Shown here: piece after piece, positions 26,390 through 36,248 of the stretch | How positions within the stretch are numbered: the stretch's first letter is position 1 | How the letters are laid out: every line of letters begins with the position of its first letter | Assembly: GCA_020721805.1 (NCBI GenBank) | Contig: DYMB01000006.1 | Span: forward strand, 24,688 to 88,687 | Direction: 5' to 3' | Source of the DNA: Acetofilamentum sp. | GTDB lineage: Bacteria; Hydrothermota; 32-111 | DNA: 64,000 bases | The notes under the pieces: model-generated | The model's database searches: none | What the model saw: only the letters and a program-made list of their open reading frames with translations | Told to the model about the DNA's origin: nothing | Translations under genes and position numbers: made by a program

Positions 26390-27469
26390 TTATTTTCCTT
26401 TTTTCTTTAAATCCTCATATTTTTTATACGCTTCGACAGATTTCTCATTCATCTTCATCCTTGAATAACTATCAGCAAGAATAAGATAGAGATCACTTAT
26501 TTCAACACCGGCTTTTTTTATATAATCTTCAAGCGTTTTAACCGCATCAGCGTAATCTTTATTCTTGTAATAAGCGAAACCAAGGTTAAGAAGAGATTCC
26601 AGATCTTCGCTGTTATCGGTTATTGCTAATAAAAAATATTTTATAGCATTTTTATATTCCTTTTTTTCTTCAAGATAAATTTTACCCAGTTTATAATCCA
26701 CATCGTTCTTATAGGTTATAAGTTTTGTTTTCATTAAAGAATCGGAATTTTCAAAAATCTGATCGAATTTTACAAAATTATCGATAGCATTATTAAAATC
26801 TTTTCCAGCAAAAGCAACTTCTCCCAACCAGTATAGTATCTGTGGATTTTCAAAATCTATCTCTTTTGCCTGGTCTAAATATTTTTTAGCCTCCTGAAGG
26901 TTATTACTTTCGATATAATATTTTGCAACATTAAAAAGTAATGATAGATTTTTGGGATTCTTCGATAGGGATTTATCCATAATCTTTTTCATATTGATCT
27001 CATCCTGATTTTCAAGATAAAGTAAAACAAGATAATCATAATTAACTGTGGTATCTTTAATCTCTTCTGCCTTTAAAAGGTAATTCTCATACTTTGTCCT
27101 GTTTTCTTTTCCATCTTTGTTTCTTAAAAATCCGGTACCCGCGTTGAAAAGTACTGGCCAGTAAAATTCTACATTCTCTTTCATTTCTTTCAAAACCTGT
27201 TTTGTTGTATCCTTTTCAACTGCAATCAAAAAATTCTCAGCTGCCAGATCAAACTCACTCTTTGATCCATAGGCTTTACCAAGCCATAGGTAAGCCTGAG
27301 GATTATTAGGCTCTATTTTTATCGCCTCTTTGAACTGGACAATCGCTTTATCAAAATCACTCTGTTGCATATATATTATACCCGAGGACATATATTGATT
27401 ATTACATCCTGTCAAAAGTATAATAAAAAAAATAACAGAAAAAGATATTTTAAATAACAATTTTAACAT
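26390..27469 (-). CDS. TPR-repeat lipoprotein
   Basis: Start moved to ATG 27469 (GGAGGT RBS); lipobox LTGC; multiple TPR repeats. Confidence 0.82.
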   Translation of the reverse strand: MLKLLFKISFSVIFFIILLTGCNNQYMSSGIIYMQQSDFDKAIVQFKEAIKIEPNNPQAYLWLGKAYGSKSEFDLAAENFLIAVEKDTTKQVLKEMKENVEFYWPVLFNAGTGFLRNKDGKENRTKYENYLLKAEEIKDTTVNYDYLVLLYLENQDEINMKKIMDKSLSKNPKNLSLLFNVAKYYIESNNLQEAKKYLDQAKEIDFENPQILYWLGEVAFAGKDFNNAIDNFVKFDQIFENSDSLMKTKLITYKNDVDYKLGKIYLEEKKEYKNAIKYFLLAITDNSEDLESLLNLGFAYYKNKDYADAVKTLEDYIKKAGVEISDLYLILADSYSRMKMNEKSVEAYKKYEDLKKKGK

Positions 27470-27503
27470 TAGTACCTCCAGATAAAGATAAAATTGGTTT
27501 ATT

Positions 27504-27531
27504 ATTTTATCAAAAAATATTTTTTTGTCAA
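27504..27531 (-). promoter_or_regulatory. Sigma70-type promoter upstream of the TPR lipoprotein/rplM operon
   Basis: Minus strand TTGACA-16 nt-TAAAAT. Confidence 0.6.
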
Positions 27532-27595
27532 TATATGTGATTCTTCTCATAATTCAGAATGAATACTATAAGAAAAAAATAGAGTTATTATTTTA

Positions 27596-28066
27596 TTATT
27601 TATTAAATATATCGTTCAAAATGTTCTCGATTTCGTTTTTAAACTGAGCATCAAAGGTTATATTCTCTTCTTCTTCCTTCATAAGTGATAAAATATTCTG
27701 ACATACTTTTTGGGACATAACCTGTATAACTCCAATGATCGCATTTTTTGTAAAGATGGAGATAAGAATTAAATCGTCAGTGATAGCATAATAAAAAAAA
27801 GAATATTTTTTACCTTCCTGAAAGAGAGTTAAAAAATAATCCTCTTTTAATAGTTTTGCTATACTTCTTGTAGCGTTGAATATTCCAGAACAGAGTGCTC
27901 CGATAGATTGGTTAAAATAATCATCATTTTTTTGACCATTTTGAAAAAGAATCTGTCCTGAGGTGTTTATGACCAAAACACTCGTTACTCTTGTCTCGAT
28001 TGTAAATGCCCTCAATAACCGTTCAACATTTTTAACGGTAATTTCATCAAGAACAAGTTTTTTCAT
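27596..28066 (-). CDS. Roadblock/LC7 domain protein, MglB-like
   Basis: VLVINTSGQIL...IGALCSGIFNATRSIAKLLKEDYFLTLFQEG resembles the MglB core; acidic C-terminal helix. Confidence 0.8.
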   Translation of the reverse strand: MKKLVLDEITVKNVERLLRAFTIETRVTSVLVINTSGQILFQNGQKNDDYFNQSIGALCSGIFNATRSIAKLLKEDYFLTLFQEGKKYSFFYYAITDDLILISIFTKNAIIGVIQVMSQKVCQNILSLMKEEEENITFDAQFKNEIENILNDIFNK

Positions 28067-28076
28067 ATAATTTAAA

Positions 28077-28421
28077 TTAAATTAATTCCTGTAATGATGT
28101 TGCAATATTTTTAATCTGGATTATAAGAGATCCTATGTTAACATTCTTTTCAGCAAGTGTAAAAAGAATAAACTTTTCTTTTGAAATGAATAAAATTTCT
28201 CCCTTATCGGTATATATGGTTGAAAATATTGGAAGAGGATCCGTGCTCTTTCCAAGACTCTTTTCCATCTCAATATTTATCTTTGCGACCATCGCACCCA
28301 GAAGTTCAGCCAGATCAGTTTCGTAGAACAACTTTTCAACTATCAGTCCATCCTTTGTTAAAACCGCGACACCTTTTACCCCTCCTATTTCCATCACTTT
28401 TTCGATCTTTTCTTTTATCAT
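28077..28421 (-). CDS. Roadblock/LC7 domain protein
   Basis: IGGVKGVAVLTKDGLIVE...ELLGAM...NVNIGSL, canonical Roadblock pattern. Confidence 0.85.
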   Translation of the reverse strand: MIKEKIEKVMEIGGVKGVAVLTKDGLIVEKLFYETDLAELLGAMVAKINIEMEKSLGKSTDPLPIFSTIYTDKGEILFISKEKFILFTLAEKNVNIGSLIIQIKNIATSLQELI

Positions 28422-29149
28422 TGTTCAAGCACCTGTTTTATATTTTTTAAAAGTTGTTTTGCCTTTATCAGTATCAATCCAATTTTTACAATCTCTTCTG
28501 TAAATATTCCAAGTATGTATCCATTACCTTTAAAAAGATATATTCTCACCTTGCCAATTTCTATAAATATTCTATCTATGGGTCCAAGATCTGTTTTCCC
28601 TATAGAATCTTCACAGACCAGAAAAATTGTAGAGAATAAGGCTGAGGTTATTTCAGGATCAAGATTCTCAATCATCTTCGATTTGACAACAAGTCCAGAT
28701 TCTTCAATTATGATACTTCCCAAAACACCGTTTACTTTATTGATCTCACCAAGTGATCTATCGAGTAAACTTTCAGTTTCATTTGCTGTTATAATATTTT
28801 CTTTTTCGATTTTTTCCATCACCTCAAGATTTACAGATGAAATGGTTTCTTCCTTTTTTTCTGGTTTATTTTCTTCCAATTTCTTCACAGGCTCAACGAA
28901 AGACTTTATCTGTTGATCATCTGGATATTCATTTAATAGTTCGTTCAGAACATTCAAAGCTGTTGGATCGTTTAACCCCTTTAAAGATTTGTAAAGAAGA
29001 ATTTTTGCATCCTTTATATCTGGAAATTCAGAAAGAATCATTTTGCAGTATGTTATCGCTTCATTGTATGCTTTATTCTTGTAAAGATCCTCAGCGATCA
29101 TTATAAAAACGGAAAGACTCTCCCTATCAACTTTCATCCCCTCATTCAA
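28418..29149 (-). CDS. TPR + Roadblock/LC7 fusion protein
   Basis: N-terminal TPR pair; C-terminal VNGVLGSIIIEESGLVV...VKIGLI Roadblock domain. Confidence 0.82.
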   Translation of the reverse strand: MNEGMKVDRESLSVFIMIAEDLYKNKAYNEAITYCKMILSEFPDIKDAKILLYKSLKGLNDPTALNVLNELLNEYPDDQQIKSFVEPVKKLEENKPEKKEETISSVNLEVMEKIEKENIITANETESLLDRSLGEINKVNGVLGSIIIEESGLVVKSKMIENLDPEITSALFSTIFLVCEDSIGKTDLGPIDRIFIEIGKVRIYLFKGNGYILGIFTEEIVKIGLILIKAKQLLKNIKQVLEQ

Positions 29150-30251
29150 ATTTACCTCCTAAAAATTCTTCAAAAAGTTTTTGACTTTCCTTCAAATGAT
29201 CTATGAGTTTTTCAATCTTACTCTGCTTTTCTGGAGTTTTAAGAAGATCGTAAAGAGATATCAACTCTTCTATACTCTTTTCTAACATTCCTCTTTTGAA
29301 ATAAGCAAAAGAGTTATACTTTTTTATAAAAGGATCATCCATCTGTTCTTTTTTTACAAGTGAAGCGTAATCGTTAACCTTTTCAAACTGGCCTGTAGCA
29401 AAAAAAGAGTATATTATCATTCTATAAGCATCGATATTTTTTGGATCAATTTTTAAATAGTTTTTTAGTTCTAAAATCGATTTGTCGTAAAGTCCATCAT
29501 CAAAATAATGCTTTGCAACATCAAAAGAATTTTTATCGGATTCAATATGCGATGTTTCAACAACAACGATTCCAAGGGTTATCATTCCATAAATCAATTT
29601 TGCGATTTCAAATTCATCCCCATACCTTTCAGCAATATCTTTAATACTGTTTTTTCCATTTATCATAGAAAAAATTTCCCATTCTTTGGGTTTCAAATCC
29701 AGAAGATCCATCTTATCAGGATTATCAGAGATTTTTGGCACCACAGATGAATTGGGAATCTTGGAAGATAATCTTGACCATTCGTCTATCCTTCTGGAAC
29801 CTTCCATTATCAGGGATTCAGTTTTTATTCTAAACTTTATTAAATTATCAAGTAATATACTGGTTTCCTCAAATTTGAAATAACCATCTTTCCATTCGAA
29901 AAGTTTAAAAATAGTATCTTCGATTCTTAACTGCAAGAATTTTCTTAACTCGTTTTCACTCATAATTTTCATCTTTACTACCTCTCTTGCAAACTCCAGA
30001 TCATCGTTAGGTATCCTGTTTAAGATTTTCTCTTCATAAAATTCCTTTGTTATTTTTCCCGCTTTGATCAAAAGCAAAGGTAGATTGATTCCCTCAACAT
30101 TAGCATAGACAACGTTTCCCTTTTCAAAAAAAACATTTGCTTTTTGATCATTAACAGATTTAATCCTCAGAATACCACTCTTCTGGTTGAAAGAGAGTAT
30201 TTGAAAGAGATCTATCAGGTTGAGTTCGCTTATCGGTCCTTCTATAGCCAA
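29142..30251 (-). CDS. DUF4388 domain protein with C-terminal TPRs
   Basis: MAIEGPISELNLIDLFQILSFNQKSGIL, LFEWKDGYFKF, LIMEGSRRIDEW. Confidence 0.85.
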   Translation of the reverse strand: MAIEGPISELNLIDLFQILSFNQKSGILRIKSVNDQKANVFFEKGNVVYANVEGINLPLLLIKAGKITKEFYEEKILNRIPNDDLEFAREVVKMKIMSENELRKFLQLRIEDTIFKLFEWKDGYFKFEETSILLDNLIKFRIKTESLIMEGSRRIDEWSRLSSKIPNSSVVPKISDNPDKMDLLDLKPKEWEIFSMINGKNSIKDIAERYGDEFEIAKLIYGMITLGIVVVETSHIESDKNSFDVAKHYFDDGLYDKSILELKNYLKIDPKNIDAYRMIIYSFFATGQFEKVNDYASLVKKEQMDDPFIKKYNSFAYFKRGMLEKSIEELISLYDLLKTPEKQSKIEKLIDHLKESQKLFEEFLGGKFE

Positions 30252-30259
30252 TTTGACTC

Positions 30260-32968
30260 CTATTCAAATATCGATATCCAATTTCTTGCTGCCTCTATCG
30301 CTTTCTGACTTTTGATAGCGAATTCAGAACCGGGAGCATTTTTTGTGACACTGTTCCATCTTTCAATCGCTTCCTTTATATAACCTTCTTTGGCTATAAG
30401 TTTAGCATAATTAAAATTCGCTTCAGCATTATTGTTATCGAGTTTTAGAATATTTTGATACGCATCCTTTGCCACTTCAAAATTATCGATTTCCTGACAT
30501 ATAGCCCCTATCTTTAAAAACGCTTTTATGTTTGCAGGATCTATCTGAACTATTCTTGTGTAAATTTGAATCGTTTTGTCAAAATCTTCATCAAGTTCAT
30601 ATAACATACCAAGTTCCCAGAGATAATCTAAGTTATTATAATCTTTGCTGACAAGAGATTCCAGTATCTTTATCGATTCATCATAAATTTTCATTTTTCT
30701 TAAAAGATTTGCCTTTTTAAACAGGATTTCAAAATTCTCAGGGAAGATCTTCAGTATACGGTCATAGATTTCAAGAACATCTTTATCCCTGTTCTGAGAA
30801 AAATATATTTCTGCAAGATTTGAAAGAGCATCAACATTTTCTGGTTCCTTTATAAGGATATCTCCAATTATTTTGATCGCATCATCAAGTTTATTGTTCT
30901 TCCATAAAAGCATGGCATAGAGGTTCATAATTTCAGTTGGAGAATTATCTTTTTGAATTATTTTGGATAAATATTCAAGAGGTTCATTGTAAACACCTTT
31001 ACCGTATAATAATTTTGAAAGTTTGAAGACCGCACTTCTATTTAAAGGTGAAATGTTAACGATCTTTTTATAATACTCTTCAGCCTCACCATAAATATTT
31101 TTAATATTGTAAACATCCGCGATCAATTCAAGCATTTCAATATCATTTTCATCTTTTCTCACCACTTCCAGTGCTAACTGTAAAGCTGCGTCGTATTCAC
31201 TTTTATCAAAAGATTCCTTCGCTTTTTTTCTCTTATCATCAATTACATCTATCTCTTTTAATTTATCATCCTCTTTTTCAAAAGTATCCTCAGTTTCCTC
31301 TTCAAAAACAGCTGTAAAAATATCTGCACTTTTTTGTTCATCCATCAAAAATCCTTCAAGCTGCTCAGAAGATGTTACCTGATAATCCTTGGACAATGTT
31401 CCACTTATAAGGACATCAACCTTATCGGCATAGTAATCGAGTCCAAGTTTATATCTCGTTTCAACATAATATGGATTCAACTTTAAAGCCTCTTTGGTAT
31501 ACTTTAAAGCCTCTTCGTACTTTCCAATTTTAGATAATGTAAATGCAAGATTATAATATGCTTCAGCAAATTTTTCATCATATTGAATCGCTTTTTCGAA
31601 AACTTTTATGGCATCCTCATATTTACCATTTTCTCTATAAATTATTCCGAGATAGTTATAGGTGAGAGGATAATCTCCCTTTACCTCCAGAACCCTATCT
31701 ATAAATTTTTTTGCCTGTTCAAAATTTTTTCTCTCGATGTTTAAAATCGAAAGGTTGATAAGAGCATCAACATAGTCATCTCTGATCTCGAGAGATTTTA
31801 AAAACAACTTTTCACCTTCATCATTCTTGTTGAGATGCACCATCGCTATACCGATATTGTTGTATGCCATAACATACATCGGATCAATTTTGATGGACTG
31901 ATTGTAACATTCAACAGCCTTACTCAATTCTCCTTTTCTGTGAAAGGCTATACCCATATCGTTATAAGCCTTTGCGGCAAACGATTCATCTTTTAACGCG
32001 AGTTTGTATTCATCTATCGCTTTATCATTTTCTCCAAGAAGAAGATATATCTCTCCAATCTGTATATGAATTATGGATCTTTCAGGTTCAACTGATTCGG
32101 CTTTTCTGAATTCCTTTAAAGCTTCGTTGAATAATCCTTTATTTCTGAAACCTATACCCAGAGTAAAATAGGTCAAAAAACTGTTTGGCTGGAACGAAAC
32201 ATTAGACTCCTCGTTGAGAAAAGATTGATACGCTCCCTGTTGGTAAAATTCTATCCCGAGATTAGCCTGCGTTTTTCCATATGCTGGATTGAGTTTTATA
32301 GCCTTTTTCGTCTCTTTTATCGCATCATCGAAAAGCCCTTTTTCACCATAAACAAAACCTAAAAGAAAATGCGCTTCGGCAAGGTTTACATCAAGTTCAA
32401 GTGCCTTCTGGAACTCTTTTATCGCTGAATCAAGTATTCCCTTATTGTAATAAACTTCTCCAAGCATTGAATGTATCTGAGCAGATTCGGGTTGAAACTT
32501 TAAAGATTTTCTGTATTCCTCTATAGAATCATCATACATCCCTAAAGATTTATATATTTTGGCAAGATTCAATCTTGCATCGATAAAGGATGGATTCCCC
32601 TTTAAAATCTTTTTGTATTCAGCGATAGCATCAAGTGATTTACCCATATTGTTCAAAGCTTCCGCTAATTTGAATCTTGTATTCAAATCTTCTTGATCGT
32701 TTTCTAAAATATTTCTATATTCATATATTTTTTTGTCATACATTCCGGTTTCACGGTATATAAGTTCAAGGTTGTTTTTTGCAAGAGTAAATCTTGGATC
32801 TATTGATAAAGCCTTTTCTAACTCTTCTATGGCTTCATCGTAGAGTCCTTTATTGTAGTAAACAACGGCAAGATTGTTATGTGCTCCAGCATCTTTAGGA
32901 TCTATTCTCTGTGCCAGTGATTTTAAAACCTTTTTCTCCGCTTCAGAAATCTGGATCTGTTTTTTCAT
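30260..32968 (-). CDS. Large cytoplasmic TPR-repeat protein
   Basis: 902 aa of TPR repeats in two blocks separated by an acidic linker; no signal peptide. Confidence 0.88.
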   Translation of the reverse strand: MKKQIQISEAEKKVLKSLAQRIDPKDAGAHNNLAVVYYNKGLYDEAIEELEKALSIDPRFTLAKNNLELIYRETGMYDKKIYEYRNILENDQEDLNTRFKLAEALNNMGKSLDAIAEYKKILKGNPSFIDARLNLAKIYKSLGMYDDSIEEYRKSLKFQPESAQIHSMLGEVYYNKGILDSAIKEFQKALELDVNLAEAHFLLGFVYGEKGLFDDAIKETKKAIKLNPAYGKTQANLGIEFYQQGAYQSFLNEESNVSFQPNSFLTYFTLGIGFRNKGLFNEALKEFRKAESVEPERSIIHIQIGEIYLLLGENDKAIDEYKLALKDESFAAKAYNDMGIAFHRKGELSKAVECYNQSIKIDPMYVMAYNNIGIAMVHLNKNDEGEKLFLKSLEIRDDYVDALINLSILNIERKNFEQAKKFIDRVLEVKGDYPLTYNYLGIIYRENGKYEDAIKVFEKAIQYDEKFAEAYYNLAFTLSKIGKYEEALKYTKEALKLNPYYVETRYKLGLDYYADKVDVLISGTLSKDYQVTSSEQLEGFLMDEQKSADIFTAVFEEETEDTFEKEDDKLKEIDVIDDKRKKAKESFDKSEYDAALQLALEVVRKDENDIEMLELIADVYNIKNIYGEAEEYYKKIVNISPLNRSAVFKLSKLLYGKGVYNEPLEYLSKIIQKDNSPTEIMNLYAMLLWKNNKLDDAIKIIGDILIKEPENVDALSNLAEIYFSQNRDKDVLEIYDRILKIFPENFEILFKKANLLRKMKIYDESIKILESLVSKDYNNLDYLWELGMLYELDEDFDKTIQIYTRIVQIDPANIKAFLKIGAICQEIDNFEVAKDAYQNILKLDNNNAEANFNYAKLIAKEGYIKEAIERWNSVTKNAPGSEFAIKSQKAIEAARNWISIFE

Positions 32969-32973
32969 TTATC

Positions 32974-33591
32974 CTACCTGTTTAAAAAATCAAGAAGTTT
33001 TTTTAAAGATATCGGATCGGGTAAAAGTATAAGGTATCCTTTTAAAGGTTGTGGTTCATCTTCAAAGGTAAACTCTGTTTCAACACAGAAAACTATATCT
33101 TTGTTTGCGCTAAAATCTATATAGGCAGAAGTTACAACAGCGGAACCTATATCTATGACAAGGTTTGGAACAGAAGGTAGAATAAGCATGTTGAGAAAAT
33201 CACTCATCGCTGTAAGGTATGAACCTACAACTATATTGGCAACCTCCTTTATTGCGGATTGCTCTATTTCACTCAATACCGTAGTGGTTCCAACAGGTTT
33301 CCCCATAACCATATCGACAAGAAGCATGGATTCATCTCTTGGAAAAAGAAGTAATGTCCTTCCAGTAAGATCTCCAAGAAATTTCACAAGTACACCGGTT
33401 ACGATTTCATCCTGATTGTCGATTATTCTATAAATTTCCTCAGAGGAAATTAAATGAACTTTTGGAACAGATACCATAACTCTTTTGTTAACCAACTGGG
33501 AGAGAACTGTCGCTGCATGACCACCACCAATGTTTGATATTTCTTTGATACCATCGAGGTGAAAATCTTTCAGGTTCTTATAATCTATCAT
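32974..33591 (-). CDS. cheC: CheY-P phosphatase CheC
   Basis: Two ExxN motifs (KEISNIGGGHAATVLS; KEVANIVVGSYL), PSVP. Confidence 0.92.
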   Translation of the reverse strand: MIDYKNLKDFHLDGIKEISNIGGGHAATVLSQLVNKRVMVSVPKVHLISSEEIYRIIDNQDEIVTGVLVKFLGDLTGRTLLLFPRDESMLLVDMVMGKPVGTTTVLSEIEQSAIKEVANIVVGSYLTAMSDFLNMLILPSVPNLVIDIGSAVVTSAYIDFSANKDIVFCVETEFTFEDEPQPLKGYLILLPDPISLKKLLDFLNR

Positions 33592-33594
33592 AAA

Positions 33595-35457
33595 TTACCC
33601 CACTTTTGAAATCGTTACGATCCCTGGAACATCCACAATAAAAGAAGGCATCCCATTATTTAAAATTGTTACACCTGCCAGCCCAGGTATTCCAGCAAGC
33701 ATTCCCTTTAAAGGTTTTACAACGACTTCCGATTGTTCAACAAAATTTTCTACCAGTATTCCATACAGGGATTCATCAACTTCAACCAGAACTATTTGAA
33801 AATTCTCTTTTTCTCTATTATATTCGCTTTTGAAAATATCCGCAAGTCGTATCAATGGGACTATACCTTCTCTGAGAATAAATACTTCTTTCCCCATTAT
33901 TGTATAAATTTCATCCATATTTATTCTAATGGTTTCAACTATATGTGTCAAAGGTATTATGTATACCTCCGAGCCTACATTTACAAGCAAAGCTTTTATT
34001 ATCGCGAGTGTTAAAGGAACTTTTAAAATAAATGTGGTTCCTCTACCCGTCTGCGAAGAGATCTCAAGTGTCCCACCTATATGTTTTAAAACATTATAGA
34101 CCGCATCAACACCAACACCCCTTCCTGATATATCTGTGACCTCCTCCTTGGTTGAAAATCCACTATTTAAGATAAGGGAGAATACCTCATGATCACTCAT
34201 CCTTGTAGATTCATCCTCGGAAATCAAATTTAAAGATATCGCTTTTGAAATGATCTTGTTTTTGTCCAATCCCTTTCCATCATCTGAAACAATAATTAAA
34301 ACTCCATTCTTTACCCTTTTCGTCTCAAGCAAGATATAACCTTCTGGAGATTTTTTATTTTTTATTCTTTCATCGGGTGTTTCAATACCGTGATCCACAG
34401 CATTTTTTAAAAGATGAAGTAATGGATCCGCAAGAGCGTTCAGTATGGCTCTATCAAGTTCTATATCACTTCCTTTTATTTCAAATTTTATTTTTTTGTT
34501 TAATCTGTTTGAAAGATCCCTCATAAATCTTGGATATCTATCAAAAACCTGTCCTACAGGGACCATTCTGATTTTCATTATTTCATCCTGTATAGCTGAA
34601 ATTGTTTTTGATGCCGAATTCAGAGAATTTATCAAATCTTCATTTTGAATAGAATAAGCTATCTGCTGTAATCTTCCTCTTTCTATAACAAGTTCTGCTA
34701 TATAATTTTGAAGGTTATCGAGTCTTTCAAGTGATACCTTAATATCCTTTTTTTCAATAACCACATCGTTATCACTCTTTGCCTCATCTTTAACAACAAC
34801 ATCTTTTATTTCTGGAATACTTTTTATATCATCTATTAAAGGTGCAATTTCTTTTACATTTTTGATGTTTATATTAATCTCGTTACCGAATTTTTCTTTC
34901 ATTATAGAATCGAAATCAGGTTCGGTATTTATAAAAATATTTTTATCCTGTAGACTTTTTATAACCACATAGGCTCTTGCCGATTTTAAAACCACATCAT
35001 CAGCAAAGATTACTTTTAAAGTTATATTTTTTTCATTCTCTTTTTTTTCTTCAACTTTTTCGGTTTCTATTATTTTTTTAGATGTTTCAACACCCGTTTT
35101 GATCGATTCTATAACCTTTAAAAAACTTTTTATTATGTTCTCATCGATTTCCCTTTTATTGACAAGAGAGGTTAGGTAATCGGTCCCCTTCAACAAAAGA
35201 TCTATCAAATCAACCGTTATGTTGAGTTTTGAATTCCTTATAAGATCCATAATATCTTCCATGGCATGGGAAATCTTTGTTATTGAAGAATAGCCCATAG
35301 AAGCAGCCATACCTTTAAGTGTATGCATACCTCTAAAAATTGAATTGATAGCTTCAGTATCGTTCATATCCTTCTCAAGTTTGAGAATTGAATTGGATAT
35401 CTGCTCTAAATAATCTTCCGCTTCACTTATGAACAATTCTTCATAATTTGAATTCAT
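33595..35457 (-). CDS. cheA: Chemotaxis histidine kinase CheA
   Basis: P1 FRGMHTLKGMAA, HLLKNAVDHGIE, DDGKG, GFSTKEEVTDISGRGVG, C-terminal CheW-like P5. Confidence 0.96.
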   Translation of the reverse strand: MNSNYEELFISEAEDYLEQISNSILKLEKDMNDTEAINSIFRGMHTLKGMAASMGYSSITKISHAMEDIMDLIRNSKLNITVDLIDLLLKGTDYLTSLVNKREIDENIIKSFLKVIESIKTGVETSKKIIETEKVEEKKENEKNITLKVIFADDVVLKSARAYVVIKSLQDKNIFINTEPDFDSIMKEKFGNEININIKNVKEIAPLIDDIKSIPEIKDVVVKDEAKSDNDVVIEKKDIKVSLERLDNLQNYIAELVIERGRLQQIAYSIQNEDLINSLNSASKTISAIQDEIMKIRMVPVGQVFDRYPRFMRDLSNRLNKKIKFEIKGSDIELDRAILNALADPLLHLLKNAVDHGIETPDERIKNKKSPEGYILLETKRVKNGVLIIVSDDGKGLDKNKIISKAISLNLISEDESTRMSDHEVFSLILNSGFSTKEEVTDISGRGVGVDAVYNVLKHIGGTLEISSQTGRGTTFILKVPLTLAIIKALLVNVGSEVYIIPLTHIVETIRINMDEIYTIMGKEVFILREGIVPLIRLADIFKSEYNREKENFQIVLVEVDESLYGILVENFVEQSEVVVKPLKGMLAGIPGLAGVTILNNGMPSFIVDVPGIVTISKVG

Positions 35458-35463
35458 AGTTTT

Positions 35464-35832
35464 CTATTTTAAATTCAAAACTCTATTAACGGATTCAAGC
35501 ACCCTTGAAGGTTGAAAGGGTTTCACTACAAAGTCCTTCGCACCAGCCTGTATGGCTTCAACAACCAGTGATTGTTGTCCCATCGCTGATACCATTAAAA
35601 TTTTAGCATTGGGAAACTCTTTTATGATCTCTCTTACGGCATCGATACCGGACATATCTGGCATTATGATATCCATGGTTACAAGATCGGGCTGTAACTC
35701 CCTGTACATCTGAACCGCCTGTGTACCGCTTCCAGCTTCACCACAGATCTCAAATCCTTCCTTTTTTAAAATATCAGAGATCATTCTTCTCATAAAGATC
35801 GCATCATCAACAATAAGCACCCTTGTAGCCAT
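35464..35832 (-). CDS. cheY: Chemotaxis response regulator CheY (Bacillus/Thermotoga type)
   Basis: VLIVDDAIFMR, VTMDIIMP, SAMGQQ, FVVKPFQ. Confidence 0.93.
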   Translation of the reverse strand: MATRVLIVDDAIFMRRMISDILKKEGFEICGEAGSGTQAVQMYRELQPDLVTMDIIMPDMSGIDAVREIIKEFPNAKILMVSAMGQQSLVVEAIQAGAKDFVVKPFQPSRVLESVNRVLNLK

Positions 35833-35843
35833 ATCGATTCCTC

Positions 35844-36248
35844 CTAATTTTTATTTAGAATATTTTTAACATCAATAATTATTATCTCTCTTCCATCCTT
35901 TTGAATAAAACCCTTTATATAACCTTCTTCGATTTCCTCCATGTTGACAGATTCAACATTTATAATACCTTCTATCGAGTCTACAAGAAATCCATATTTT
36001 TCTTTGTTGTTCTCACATATGATTATATAATTTTCTTCAACTTTTTTGTTGATCCTTAATTTTTCTTTCAAAGAAACCAGAACAACAACCTCTCCTCTTA
36101 AATTTATAACTCCATAAAGAAAATTCTCTGCATTTGGAATTCTCACCGCTGGTAGTTTTTCATAGATATCGATAATATCTGAAATATGTATACCATAAAA
36201 CTTCTCTTCAATTTTAAAAGTGATAAACTGTTTATTTTCGTTTTTCAT
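35844..36248 (-). CDS. cheW: Chemotaxis coupling protein CheW
   Basis: RIPNAENFLYGVINLRGEVV, GFLVDSI; start moved to ATG 36248 (MKNENKQFITF). Confidence 0.92.
   Translation of the reverse strand: MKNENKQFITFKIEEKFYGIHISDIIDIYEKLPAVRIPNAENFLYGVINLRGEVVVLVSLKEKLRINKKVEENYIIICENNKEKYGFLVDSIEGIINVESVNMEEIEEGYIKGFIQKDGREIIIIDVKNILNKN

Noticed and set aside
30260-32968. DNA tandem repeats or a CRISPR-like array in the TPR gene
   Set aside because: The periodicity is at the protein level only (34-aa TPRs); no identical nucleotide repeats with spacers were seen here or elsewhere in the window.
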